Of a stretch of DNA of 64,000 nucleotides, positions 45,847 through 55,894 are shown in pieces. The stretch spans positions 27,136 through 91,135 of IMG/VR virus record IMGVR_UViG_3300027861_000017; one strand, written 5' to 3'. Origin of the DNA: a virus. The stretch's first letter is position 1, and every line of letters begins with the position of its first letter. Position numbers and translations under genes: made by a program. The notes beneath the pieces are model-generated. The model did not search any database. It was not told where the DNA came from and worked only from the letters and a program-made list of their open reading frames with translations.

Positions 45847-46221
45847 TTAGTTGGCTCTAAAGCTGACTGATTCATTGTAATATCCGTTACTCTCTCCATA
45901 CCAGCTTATTGTGACAGATCCCTTAATAGTTGATAGCTTGTAAAATGTCCAAGTAAAACAATCTTGATACTCTGGTATATTTACACCTTCTGGATTCACA
46001 TCCGGTTCATTATCAATCTCCTCTGCTATTAATAGGGGAGAATCTATTAAATCTTCTAAATCTCCTACGATATCAACTATATCGCATGATTCACATCAAT
46101 CTTGTTCGTGATATAAATAATATTTCTTGCCAGTGTTAGTAATAAAAAGCATTAGATCATCACCTACGCCACCCTCAATTTTAGCTATCGACCTACCTTT
46201 CAAATCTTCGAATTTATCCAT
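45847..46221 (-). CDS. Candidate selenoprotein: 124-aa phage protein (DUF7448-like) with in-frame TGA at codon 42; alternatively a pseudogene
   Basis: Strong RBS (AAGGAGG); YHEQD-TGA-CESC; frame stays open for 82 more codons with [33 protein letters not shown]. Confidence 0.75.
46058..46092 (-). promoter_or_regulatory. Bacterial SECIS-like hairpin
   Basis: TGCGATAT-AGTTG-ATATCGTA stem-loop with the loop 17 nt after TGA; lower GAATC/GATTT stem. Confidence 0.6.
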
Positions 46222-46914
46222 CCTCATCCTCCTTGTTGTATATTTTCTCACAAAGTAACTCCATCATTTCATGGAAGCCTTTCGATACATCATAATCCTC
46301 AAATGTTATATGCATTACTGGGCCAACTACCGGACCATCTTGTTTACCATCTCTATGAAGCCAAACGCTTATACAATTATCATCATAACTATATGTGAAT
46401 ATTGCGTTTTCTGGTATCATTATATCTAATGTTTTCATCATTACTTTATCTCTTTGTAGTTTAATATTGTTAACATTTTAACATCACGATAACCAACTTC
46501 TTCCTTAAGGTATTCACATTCTATTTGAGTTTCTAGTCTTTTTAAATCCCCATTATTTGATATACTGCCACCATCAAAATAAATTATAGTACTGCCAAAA
46601 TCACTACGCCATGTATCGGAAGAGTAAAAATTAAACGATACGAAGTATTTCATCATTCCCTTTATAATTTCGATAAATTAATTATATCTATATTAGGATA
46701 TCTACTACTAATCTTGTAATAATTATTTCTTAAAAATTCTATTAAATCATCCATATCTTCATTACTTGATATTTCTTTAAAATTAATGACCTCACTCACG
46801 TAGTCCTTTTCTGGGTGCGGCGGCCCTATTGTTCCAGATTTTAAAAGTAATATTCTATAATGCACAAAGTATTTTTTATATTGCATCAATTAACATCTCC
46901 TATTATTTATAAAT

Positions 46915-47433
46915 TTAAATATTTGTACGCACACAACGCACATTAAATCTACTAGTTCTAAAGGTAGAATCCACACTCCCACAATTTAAATTAACCCACC
47001 AAGCTTCATACGTACTAGCTACACACGGATAAAGCGTCCAATAACAGCCATCTAGATACCCTGGCCTCAAAGTAGTGAACCCAGGGAAATTGGTAGCCGG
47101 TTCATAACTTTCATAACTAATTAAGTCAACTAATTCTTTTACAGTGGGCAATCTCCAATCACAATAACCATCATCTCTTAAATTTTTAGCATATTCCATC
47201 GCTTCATCCCATTCCATTTTACCTGCTACCCTTGCTTGCCATATTATATTATTCGAAGAATGACTACTGGGCTTGGCTTCAGACTTGCTTGGTAATAATT
47301 TATATTCTTTGGAAATATGTGCATCTACCATCATACTAATTATATTAAATAATAATTCCAATTTAGTTTCAGATAGAGGCATTTTATTATAATCCATACA
47401 ATCTAAATGTAAATCTTTGCTTAACCGTTCCAT
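46915..47433 (-). CDS. DUF1566 (Lcl C-terminal, C-type-lectin fold) protein
   Basis: W..A..YAK.L..GY.DWRLPTVKEL, YWT, AW.VN...G, VRCVR. Confidence 0.8.
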   Translation of the reverse strand: MERLSKDLHLDCMDYNKMPLSETKLELLFNIISMMVDAHISKEYKLLPSKSEAKPSSHSSNNIIWQARVAGKMEWDEAMEYAKNLRDDGYCDWRLPTVKELVDLISYESYEPATNFPGFTTLRPGYLDGCYWTLYPCVASTYEAWWVNLNCGSVDSTFRTSRFNVRCVRTNI

Positions 47434-47517
47434 TAATTCCGATATTGATCTGACATTTTTATACTACACTCCTGTTTGTATATTTTTATAATCTACTAGA
47501 CCACATCATTATTTTTA

Positions 47518-47603
47518 TGGCGGCAAAGCCCAGAATCGAACTGGGACAAGTTTTACCTTGGACGGTTTAGCAAACCGCTGGATTACCATTCTCCCACTTT
47601 GCC
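47518..47603 (-). tRNA. tRNA-Ser(GCT), CCA encoded
   Basis: GGCAAAG/CTTTGCC-G-CCA; loop TT-GCT-AA; long variable arm. Confidence 0.92.
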
Positions 47604-48333
47604 TTATTTCCTCAACTCTATTAATGCCTGAGACAGATCCATACTAGCTCTCTTAAGAGAAGCGGTTTCCTTGCAACCCCATTTTAATGCTGATTTGTCA
47701 CTTTCTATTCTCTTTTTTAATATATTAAGCTTATCCATAAATCTTTCTATCTCATCCTCAACTTCTAATATATTATACTCAGTTATCCCCATTCTTTATC
47801 TCCTCCTGATATTCATAGCAAAGCTCACCCTTCCTCACTGAAAACACATCGCTTAACACGCATGCAGTTTCTAAGTGCGGGAATTTCCAATACTTGCAAG
47901 TTTTATTACAATCAACAAGCTCCTTCCCCTCTAGCTTGTTAAGTTTATCATTAATTAAGTGTGCCATCTCTCCCCCTTAATCTCTATCTAATGCTCCTTG
48001 CGCAATTCTTATACACTCCTTGTATATTTCTATCATCTCTTCTATATTATCCTTATTTTTACGGGCGGTGTCAAGTCCTTTTTGAGCTTGCGCCAATAAT
48101 TCTTTTATTGCCATTGTCTTACTATCACATTCACAGTTAGAACATCCACTCATATTAGTCTCCCTTATTGAAATTCATCATCAATGTAATTTTGAAATAG
48201 TTTCATATTCATAGGTTCCCACTTAGTGTCAATTAATGATACTCCAGGGACATAACATTGACATGGACAGGATGTTGGATTGTCCTCTTCATCCTCTACG
48301 ACCAAAACACATAAATTTTCACAGTAATCACAT

Positions 48334-48654
48334 CTATAAATTGTTTTCACTTATGTACTCCGTTTGATAATCTATGATTTTCATTTTGATATCTATATTA
48401 TGTTTATCCCAAAAACTAAATCCAGTGTCGTGTCTTTCTCTGTGATGTTTATTGCACATTGGAACAGATCTAGTGTCGTCGCATTTAATGCTAGTTCCAC
48501 CACCTTTAAATTTCTCATGATGGGCATTGGACTGTGGCGATCTTTTACATATTAAACATGGCTTACCCCTTATAAAGTCAAGATAATCCTCAGATCTAAA
48601 TATCTTTACTTTTGGTTGGGGGTTGAAATGTAAGTCTCTAATCCATCTATCCAT
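48334..48654 (-). CDS. DUF968-like / HNHc-type nuclease
   Basis: RSEDYLDFIR.KPCLIC, AHH, VPMCNKHHRERH. Confidence 0.75.
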   Translation of the reverse strand: MDRWIRDLHFNPQPKVKIFRSEDYLDFIRGKPCLICKRSPQSNAHHEKFKGGGTSIKCDDTRSVPMCNKHHRERHDTGFSFWDKHNIDIKMKIIDYQTEYISENNL

Positions 48655-48895
48655 TTAGCACCATATACTTGATATAATTCAAAACGTATCTAAATATGTT
48701 TCTGTCATTCCATTCACGTACAGCTCGTGTGCTATAATCATACCACTTAGAGGCGAATCCGCACCCATCGTTATTCATATCACACATAACTATGAACTGA
48801 TAAGATATGTGTTTTCTGTCTTTACATTCCGTTGAATCGAAAAGAGCTGGTGATTTAATTGTCCCACATTTGGGACATGGTTTTAAATTATTCAC
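48647..48895 (-). CDS. Lar-family restriction alleviation protein
   Basis: LKPCPKCG...MC....GCG...AVREWNDR. Confidence 0.7.
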   Translation of the reverse strand: MNNLKPCPKCGTIKSPALFDSTECKDRKHISYQFIVMCDMNNDGCGFASKWYDYSTRAVREWNDRNIFRYVLNYIKYMVLNG

Positions 48896-49169
48896 CTTTA
48901 ACTGTTTTCTCGTTATTCCTAGTATTCCATTTTTTTATAACGCCTTCTTTGGTTCCAGCTCCAATCTGAGCATCGCACCCTCCAAACCTAGAATTACATA
49001 AAACATAAAACCTTATTTCATCATTATTATCGTAAGAACCTCCTCGTGACATATAAACAGGAGCCTCGCAAGATCCACAAAAAGGACATTTATTTATACC
49101 TAAATATTCATTTTCTATTCCGTTTTGTTCTCTTCTCAATCCTTGCCCACTATTAAAATAACTCATCAT
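48888..49169 (-). CDS. Lar-family restriction alleviation protein
   Basis: KCPFCGS...VLC....GGC...IKKWNTR. Confidence 0.7.
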   Translation of the reverse strand: MMSYFNSGQGLRREQNGIENEYLGINKCPFCGSCEAPVYMSRGGSYDNNDEIRFYVLCNSRFGGCDAQIGAGTKEGVIKKWNTRNNEKTVKGE

Positions 49170-49510
49170 TCCCCCTTAGCTGTTTTCTCGTTATGACATG
49201 CTCTACACAATGATTCTAGATTATTCCAATCATATAGTAAGTCTACATCTCCATTATGTTTAATCTTATGGTGAACGTCTTTTACTGGAGTTACATGGCC
49301 ATTTCTGAGGCATTCCTCACAAAGAGGGTGTGCTTCGACATATCTATTCCGTAGCTTCTGCCATCTAGTTCCATACCCTCTATCCGTAGCTGTTCCTCTT
49401 TGTTTCTCATATCTACCGTTGATAATCTTATCGTGTTCTTCGCAATATCCATTATCTACTAGTTCGGGGCAGCCTGGGTATCTGCATGGTTTCTGGGGTT
49501 TGGTTGGCAT
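49166..49510 (-). CDS. Terminase-associated HNH endonuclease (HK97 gp74-like)
   Basis: MPTKPQKPC..PGC, RGY..RW, HPLCEEC, DVHH, NLESLCRACHNEKT. Confidence 0.9.
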   Translation of the reverse strand: MPTKPQKPCRYPGCPELVDNGYCEEHDKIINGRYEKQRGTATDRGYGTRWQKLRNRYVEAHPLCEECLRNGHVTPVKDVHHKIKHNGDVDLLYDWNNLESLCRACHNEKTAKGE

Positions 49511-49513
49511 ATG

Positions 49514-49981
49514 TTACTCCTCTAAATCAATATGTATATATTGTATATTACACTCATCTAGAACTTCTTTAGATTCAGGGTATATGGCGGGAGAAACACC
49601 CCCATAGTAGACTGTTGTTATTCCGGCGTTCACTATAGCTCTAGCACACATAACACAAGGGAATCCTGTACAATATAAGACTGAATCTTTAATCGAGGTT
49701 CCACTATATGCAGCAGATATTATCGCATTCACTTCACTATGAATACTCTCACAGGCCTCATACCTCTCACCAGACGGTATGTTTAGTTTTTCCCTGATGC
49801 ATCCAGTTTCAGTGCAATGTTTATATCCAGACGCAGACCCATTATATCCTGTCGTCAAGATTCTATTATCTTTAACGATGATAGATCCATGCTGCCGTCT
49901 AATACATGTTGATCTCTTGGAGACTAGATAAGCCATCTCCATAAAATATTTATTCCAACTTATCCTGCTTTGAATAGTCAC
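49514..49981 (-). CDS. dCMP deaminase (ComEB-like)
   Basis: RSTCIRR, TGYNG, HSEVNAI, FPCVMCAR. Confidence 0.92.
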   Translation of the reverse strand: MTIQSRISWNKYFMEMAYLVSKRSTCIRRQHGSIIVKDNRILTTGYNGSASGYKHCTETGCIREKLNIPSGERYEACESIHSEVNAIISAAYSGTSIKDSVLYCTGFPCVMCARAIVNAGITTVYYGGVSPAIYPESKEVLDECNIQYIHIDLEE

Positions 49982-50284
49982 CTGATTTTAAAAACCTCTT
50001 TACGTATCTCTTAAAACATGTTTGTAATTTGACACATGTTTGTGTGTACATCTTCTCTGTTCTGTAGAATTCCCTAAGCGTATCTTCTACATCGTATAAA
50101 CATAAATACATGTCTGCTAATTCTATAAACCCATCTTCGCTAATAGAATATTTGTAAGGCTCACAAGATAACCATAACCCTACATTGTGATAAAATTTCT
50201 CGTTCTTTAATGGGCATGGTCTTACGTTACAATCCATACTCCCGTTATACAAACACTTCCTTTTCCTCTTTGTCATACGTACCC

Positions 50285-50318
50285 CCCCCTATGTAATTTC
50301 GCTCTTTACATTAGGGGG
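50285..50318 (-). promoter_or_regulatory. Hairpin occluding the RBS of ORF 49950..50276
   Basis: CCCCCTAATGTAA/TTACATAGGGGG stem ending about 8 nt before the ATG. Confidence 0.4.
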
Positions 50319-50326
50319 AATATAAC

Positions 50327-50656
50327 CTAATTTTGTAGGTTTTTTCTTAATGTTTCTCTATATTTTTTTATTATCTTATTAATGTAGGGTTGAGAAAGTC
50401 CAAGTATATCAGCTATTTGCTGTTGAGTTTTTCTAAATTTGCCACCCTTTAAAAAATATTCAAAAATAATAATTTCTTCCTTATTAGTTATATTTTTAGG
50501 GTCGTCTATGTCGGAAAAAACGGCATCGTAGTCATTACTGTCATTGTATTTTACGACGCTTTCCATGGGTGGAATATAATCTTGATCAGCATACTTTTCG
50601 GCTTTCTTACACAATTCAGTGCATTTATCTCTTTTATTACATTCGTTACATAACAT
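50327..50656 (-). CDS. HTH transcription regulator (sigma region-4-like)
   Basis: TQQQIADILGLSQPYINKI; Cys-rich N-terminus. Confidence 0.7.
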   Translation of the reverse strand: MLCNECNKRDKCTELCKKAEKYADQDYIPPMESVVKYNDSNDYDAVFSDIDDPKNITNKEEIIIFEYFLKGGKFRKTQQQIADILGLSQPYINKIIKKYRETLRKNLQN

Positions 50657-51158
50657 GAAATCACCTACCTTTTATCGGCATATAACATATTTTTAGAACA
50701 ATGTCAATTTTTATTTATCATTTCTATTGCAATTTTATTATATTTATTTCTTAAACCCTCTGTATTAAAATTATAATTAACTTCTTCTAATATAAAAATC
50801 ATAAATTTTAAAACGGAAATAGAAGCCCTCATTGGGAATATACTAACAACTTTATCTATAATTATTAAAATATAATAATCTAATATATTATCCCAGTTTT
50901 TTTTCTTTTTACATTTATTAACATACAGTTTGTTATAATTCTTAATTGTTATCCACTCATCTTTAGCGTCTAGAATTACCTTATATGGATTATTGTCAAT
51001 ATTTACCATTCCGAATAAATCGTTAACTATTATTAACCCAAGCTTATGTAATATATTGTTGATTTTTATCACGCCATGACATTGATAGAATATATCTTCA
51101 CTAATATATTCATTGGTATTTAATAACTCATCTAAGATATTACTTCCGTCACTAATGA

Positions 51159-51653
51159 TCATTTTTCATATATCTCAAAATAAGCTACAGCTAATGCGAA
51201 GGCTTGCCAAATATCAGCTCGGAATCCATAAAAAAATCCAGGAGCTTTCTTCGTGCCTTTACCATAATTCTTTTGTCCATATGCAAATCTATCTATCAGG
51301 GCTTGTTTTATGACTTTATCATTTATCTTGGGGCCACCAGCACCGGTTAAAGCTATCCTTACATCATTTCTGGATATATATACCACCTTACCACCTTGAC
51401 CCTCCCATGATTCCTGGAACCTACCAGACCATAAGAGTGTATCTCTGGTGGTTTTACCCATAGTATAAGGATTAATTTTCTCTATAACTAATACGGTTTT
51501 AAAATCTTTGAGTGTGGCATTCTTCAACTTATTCCTAAGACATCTTATAATTATCTCATTAGATTCTTTGTTCTTGTTTATAATATGTTTATTATCCCAC
51601 GTAACATATCCAGATTCGGTAGTGCCTGGGTCTATTGCTATTATCTCTGTCAT
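51159..51653 (-). CDS. RuvC-like Holliday junction resolvase
   Basis: IIAIDPGTTESG, LVIE, ADIWQAFALA. Confidence 0.75.
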   Translation of the reverse strand: MTEIIAIDPGTTESGYVTWDNKHIINKNKESNEIIIRCLRNKLKNATLKDFKTVLVIEKINPYTMGKTTRDTLLWSGRFQESWEGQGGKVVYISRNDVRIALTGAGGPKINDKVIKQALIDRFAYGQKNYGKGTKKAPGFFYGFRADIWQAFALAVAYFEIYEK

Positions 51654-52329
51654 ATTGATTCTGCCTCCTTCCAATAAGTGCAATTGTAACACATTGGATC
51701 ATAAGGTGATGAGTCACCTTGTTGTTCTGTGTAACTGAACCCCCATGGGGATTTGGCGTTTATTATTTTTAATTTAGCCCTTTTCTCACACGAACTTCTT
51801 TGTATTATAGCGTTACCAAATCTTTTAGTGCATTTAATGTAATCGTGTTTCTTTACAAATTCGTCTATCTGTTCTTGTGTTATTGTCATAAAATCTCCAT
51901 CATATTAATTTTAAATCCAATATCTCCCTTCAAGGAGAGATCGCAATTCTTCCAAGGTGTGTGAATCCTAATTCATTTCTATACACATGAAACATTGCGT
52001 CGGTTATTCTAAATCTACCCATTATGTGTTGCTTAGTCATTTCTACAAATCCGTTCTCATCCATAACATTTATAATCTTACGCTTACTATCTTCTTTTCT
52101 TTGAGTCGCTGCCTTATTTGTCTTAGTGTCTCTCGGAATTCCTATTTCATTCATTTTTTCCCGAAGTGTGTATGAGCTTATTCCTAAATAATCCGCATAT
52201 ACTTCCATATCACCAAATATGCTGTAATCAGTTCTTAACATTTCCTCAACGGAGTCGAATTTTAAAAAAACAGCCCACTCCTCCCATTCCTCGTTATGTA
52301 TCGTCATATTTATCTACCTCCTTGAATTA

Positions 52330-53352
52330 TTAATGTGCCATCCTATCATATTCCCTTAATTCAGAATGGACACTCAGGTGTTCGGTTACTAGCGTCTTAA
52401 CCGCTTCTCTTCGTTTATTAGACCATTTGAAGTGCCTAGCTATACGCTCCACCATATCCCCACCAAGATAGTCGTGATAATAAAAATGAGAATAACCCTT
52501 TTTCTCAAATGCAACAAACGGCTTGGCTATATCGTGCAATAAAGCAGCCCACCTCATATTAATATCCAGAGGAGTGGCATCTACTGTTAACTTAGTATGT
52601 GTCCATAGGTCATATTGGTGATGTTCGTTATTTTGATCATAACCATCTTGGATGGACAGTTCAGGTAGTATAAATTTAAACAATCCAGTATCCATTAGGA
52701 TATCTAATCCAGCAATAGGGTTATTCGACATTAATATCTTATCTAACTCCTGCATCCAGCGTTCTTTGGATATATGTAGGATTTTATAGGCGCACTTTTT
52801 AATATACCCATAAAGGTATTGGTCAACCTCAAACCCTAATTGCGAGCCAAATCTGGCACACCTGAGCATCCTTAAGGAGTCTTCCTTGATCCTCTTCTTG
52901 GGTTCACCAACAGCTTTAATGTTACCAGTCATAATATCTATTCTACCGTGATGTGGATCTATAAATCTACCATCTCTATACGCTATAGCATTCATAGTAA
53001 AATCACGTCTAGATAGATCTGCCGTTATATCCTGTACAAACTCAACTTCCGGTTTTCTGTTATTGTGAGAATAGGTCTCGGTTCTAAAGGTGGTAATCTC
53101 TACATCATGTCCAAACACTTTACAACCTAAAGTACCAAACCTTTTCCCTATATCGTAAGCCTTCCTGTTGTCGCCATGCTCATTTTTAGATTGCCTAATG
53201 AGGCTTTCTATTTCGTTTGGAGTGTGTGGGCAGCAGAAATCATAATCCTTAGGTTCCCTGTCCAGTAATATATCTCTTACAGAACCACCAACAAGATAAA
53301 CTGGGGATAATATGCTTTTAACTTCTTTATATATCTCCTCGTATTCCTTCAC
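52330..53352 (-). CDS. cca: CCA-adding tRNA nucleotidyltransferase with HD domain
   Basis: YLVGGSVRD, KDYDF, EITTFR, DLSRRDFTMNA, EDSLRMLR, ISKER, LLHDIAKP. Confidence 0.9.
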   Translation of the reverse strand: MKEYEEIYKEVKSILSPVYLVGGSVRDILLDREPKDYDFCCPHTPNEIESLIRQSKNEHGDNRKAYDIGKRFGTLGCKVFGHDVEITTFRTETYSHNNRKPEVEFVQDITADLSRRDFTMNAIAYRDGRFIDPHHGRIDIMTGNIKAVGEPKKRIKEDSLRMLRCARFGSQLGFEVDQYLYGYIKKCAYKILHISKERWMQELDKILMSNNPIAGLDILMDTGLFKFILPELSIQDGYDQNNEHHQYDLWTHTKLTVDATPLDINMRWAALLHDIAKPFVAFEKKGYSHFYYHDYLGGDMVERIARHFKWSNKRREAVKTLVTEHLSVHSELREYDRMAH

Positions 53353-54014
53353 AGATTCATCCTCCTTATCTTAATCAGCACATCGTTTATTCTTTTGTAA
53401 TCTGGCTCATCTGGTAACGAGGTTTTAATCTCCTTAAACTCCTCATATGTAGTTGAGAATAATCTCATCATATCATTGATTTCCATGTCGCTAATATTAA
53501 ACAATATTTCTAGGTCTTCTACTTTGACATTTAATACACTATTCTCTAACAATTCCCTACCTTGTTGTAATAATCTAAAACAATGCCTAGCGTGTTGTTT
53601 GTGTCTAGTGTGTGTCTCGCCTATTTCATGTTTATTATATAACTCTTTAGCCTCATTTAGTGCATATTTCCCATATGAAAGATATATACTAGTGTGTAAA
53701 AAAGAGTCCCTAATATCAATAAGCATTTGACCTTCTCTTGTCAATGCAGTGTATTCATTTAAATACATAAGTTCTAATATTGTTGGATTACATTTAAGTG
53801 CCAATGTGAAATATTTCTCTACCTCGTGATATTTAATATCGTGAGAGTTTAAATTAGGGTTTGTCTTAAATATTGTCTTTTCACCTTTGTGTAAAGATAG
53901 AGTTTTAACAGTAGGATGAAGAAATATCCCCATCATGTCAGTATCGCTTTCTGGAGTGTCAATCCCGTAGGCCTTAGATCCTACTACTCCCTCTAAAATA
54001 ATCTTTTCATCCAT
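53349..54014 (-). CDS. Pol-beta-superfamily nucleotidyltransferase (YcgL/RlaP-like)
   Basis: VVGSKAYG..TPESDTDMMGI, NPTILE, HCFRLL, LPDEPD. Confidence 0.85.
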   Translation of the reverse strand: MDEKIILEGVVGSKAYGIDTPESDTDMMGIFLHPTVKTLSLHKGEKTIFKTNPNLNSHDIKYHEVEKYFTLALKCNPTILELMYLNEYTALTREGQMLIDIRDSFLHTSIYLSYGKYALNEAKELYNKHEIGETHTRHKQHARHCFRLLQQGRELLENSVLNVKVEDLEILFNISDMEINDMMRLFSTTYEEFKEIKTSLPDEPDYKRINDVLIKIRRMNL

Positions 54015-54345
54015 TATATTTATACCTCGTATTAGCAATCATGTATATTAAATTATAACCATCTCCAGGACATAACCTTAAAAACTGGATCATATAATCA
54101 CCTACACAGGTTTTATGTACTAGCGTAGCTAACATATTTTCACCATCTTCACTTCCATCTATCGGCAAAAGGAAACATTCCCCATTTTCGTTAGTGCCGC
54201 AAATCGGACAAATATCCCCTTCTGGGAACTTTTCAAAATAATCCATATACACCCCCTTCTTGACGTTGTTTTTAAAAACCTATACTCTGGTACCCTTTTT
54301 ATTTTTTGTGGCAGCCTCGTGGCTCCTGATAGCCTTAAATTAAAC

Positions 54346-54939
54346 TTAAAGGGCATATCTAACACCCCACATTAACCCATCTCGATTAAACCCAGTGGAA
54401 ACGTAAGAACTTAGGTTGGACTTGACTGAGATCCTATTTTGGTTTATCCAAGTCTTTAGTAAAACGAGTGACAATAACTCCAACTTACTAATATCTGAGT
54501 ACTTTTCCATCCTGACAGGATCATGGCTTAGGTTATTATCATCGAAACTGAATGAATATATCGTGTACAATAAAAAATAGTAATTAGTTATATATATCAG
54601 TGATTTATTATAAGTTGTCGGTTTAATGTGATATGAATCTAGTGCTATTTCAAACAACACACTACTGGCCATGTCGCCAGATGCACCAAAACCGAATTGT
54701 CTTTCTTTTGGGATATTATCAACCGATACATACCCTACATGTAAGTTATTGTTTTCTTTATGGAAAAATTTAATATCTGGATTCATATCGTAATATTCTG
54801 CGTAGGCATAGTGGCCTAATTCGTGGGTTAGAATGTGTGTGCCGTAAGCTAAGCCGATAGATCCTAGATCCTCCAGGAGAGCTGCATTGGATGTAGTAGA
54901 GAATAATAAAAAAAGTAATATAATTAAGAGTCTAGACAA
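54346..54939 (-). CDS. Exported/membrane protein with HExxH motif
   Basis: Signal-peptide-like N-terminus; THELGH. Confidence 0.55.
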   Translation of the reverse strand: MSRLLIILLFLLFSTTSNAALLEDLGSIGLAYGTHILTHELGHYAYAEYYDMNPDIKFFHKENNNLHVGYVSVDNIPKERQFGFGASGDMASSVLFEIALDSYHIKPTTYNKSLIYITNYYFLLYTIYSFSFDDNNLSHDPVRMEKYSDISKLELLSLVLLKTWINQNRISVKSNLSSYVSTGFNRDGLMWGVRYAL

Positions 54940-55712
54940 AATTTACATACTCCTTTTCCTGGTATAAGTGTTATGTTGGTACCACCGCATCCTGGGCATG
55001 TACCGGTACCATCGTTATTTGATTCTGCTTTAAGCTCTTGCTTTAAAAAATTATTTTTAGGATCTACCTCCTCCAAAAACTTCTCCAGTCCTCTTTTCAG
55101 GAAATCCTTAAGGTTCCACTTGTAGGAGAAATAATATTTATCAGATTTTAATATTTCACAGTAATTGCATAGTGCTGAATAAATATCTTCTAATTCATAT
55201 AATTTTACCGCCTTCTTGATAGAAGATGCATATTCTGTTAAGAATATATCTTTATGCACAACTATTCCTAACTCATTCCAAAAATCAAAAATATCACTAT
55301 AAATATTCTTTTGTATAGTTTCTTTTGTATAGTTTCTTTTGTGTTCCCCTGTACTGGTTACTCCAAAACCTGAATTGGTTACTCTAGAACCTGAATCGGT
55401 TATAACCTGTTTAGGTAACTCCGTCCATAATTCGTAATCTTTTTGAAATGATGTATAGTGACCATCCCTTATTATTATATTACGTTTTTTTAATTCGTTT
55501 AATGCTCTAGAAACGTGTTGTTTCTGTATTCCGGTTATTTCATTTAACTGACTATTACTTATCCAATCGCTTTTCTTATTCCAACCATAGGTTTTCCTTA
55601 ATATACATAGCATGATTCTAGTTTGATAGGATGATAAGTTGATTTTGCACAATGCTTCCATTATCTCATTGGCTATATTAGTGAAACCATTCTCTTTTTG
55701 TGGATTTGCCAT
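54924..55712 (-). CDS. Phage replication initiator, lambda O-like
   Basis: MANPQKENGFTNIANE, ILRKTYGWNKKSDWIS; central low-complexity iteron-encoded linker. Confidence 0.88.
   Translation of the reverse strand: MANPQKENGFTNIANEIMEALCKINLSSYQTRIMLCILRKTYGWNKKSDWISNSQLNEITGIQKQHVSRALNELKKRNIIIRDGHYTSFQKDYELWTELPKQVITDSGSRVTNSGFGVTSTGEHKRNYTKETIQKNIYSDIFDFWNELGIVVHKDIFLTEYASSIKKAVKLYELEDIYSALCNYCEILKSDKYYFSYKWNLKDFLKRGLEKFLEEVDPKNNFLKQELKAESNNDGTGTCPGCGGTNITLIPGKGVCKFCLDS
55308..55420. repeat. Putative replication origin: iterons + A-rich repeats
   Basis: GGTTACT-n4-AACCTGAAT repeated at 21-bp spacing, plus tandem AAAAGAAACTATAC, inside the O-like gene. Confidence 0.7.
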
Positions 55713-55894
55713 ATTTTTATCCTCTAGAAAATAAAGGTTTTATATCCTCTTCTATTTTAATTTTTTATCAATCAAAAAACTCCACCTGAATCCCACATCC
55801 TGGGCAATGAAAATACACAATATCTAAATAAGAATCCTTGTATTCTAATAAACTCTTCTTATCTCCACACCACTTACATCCAGAACATATTATC

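Noticed and set aside
46915-47433. Diversity-generating retroelement targeting the DUF1566 gene
   Set aside because: DUF1566 is a known DGR target fold, but I found no reverse transcriptase or template repeat in this window
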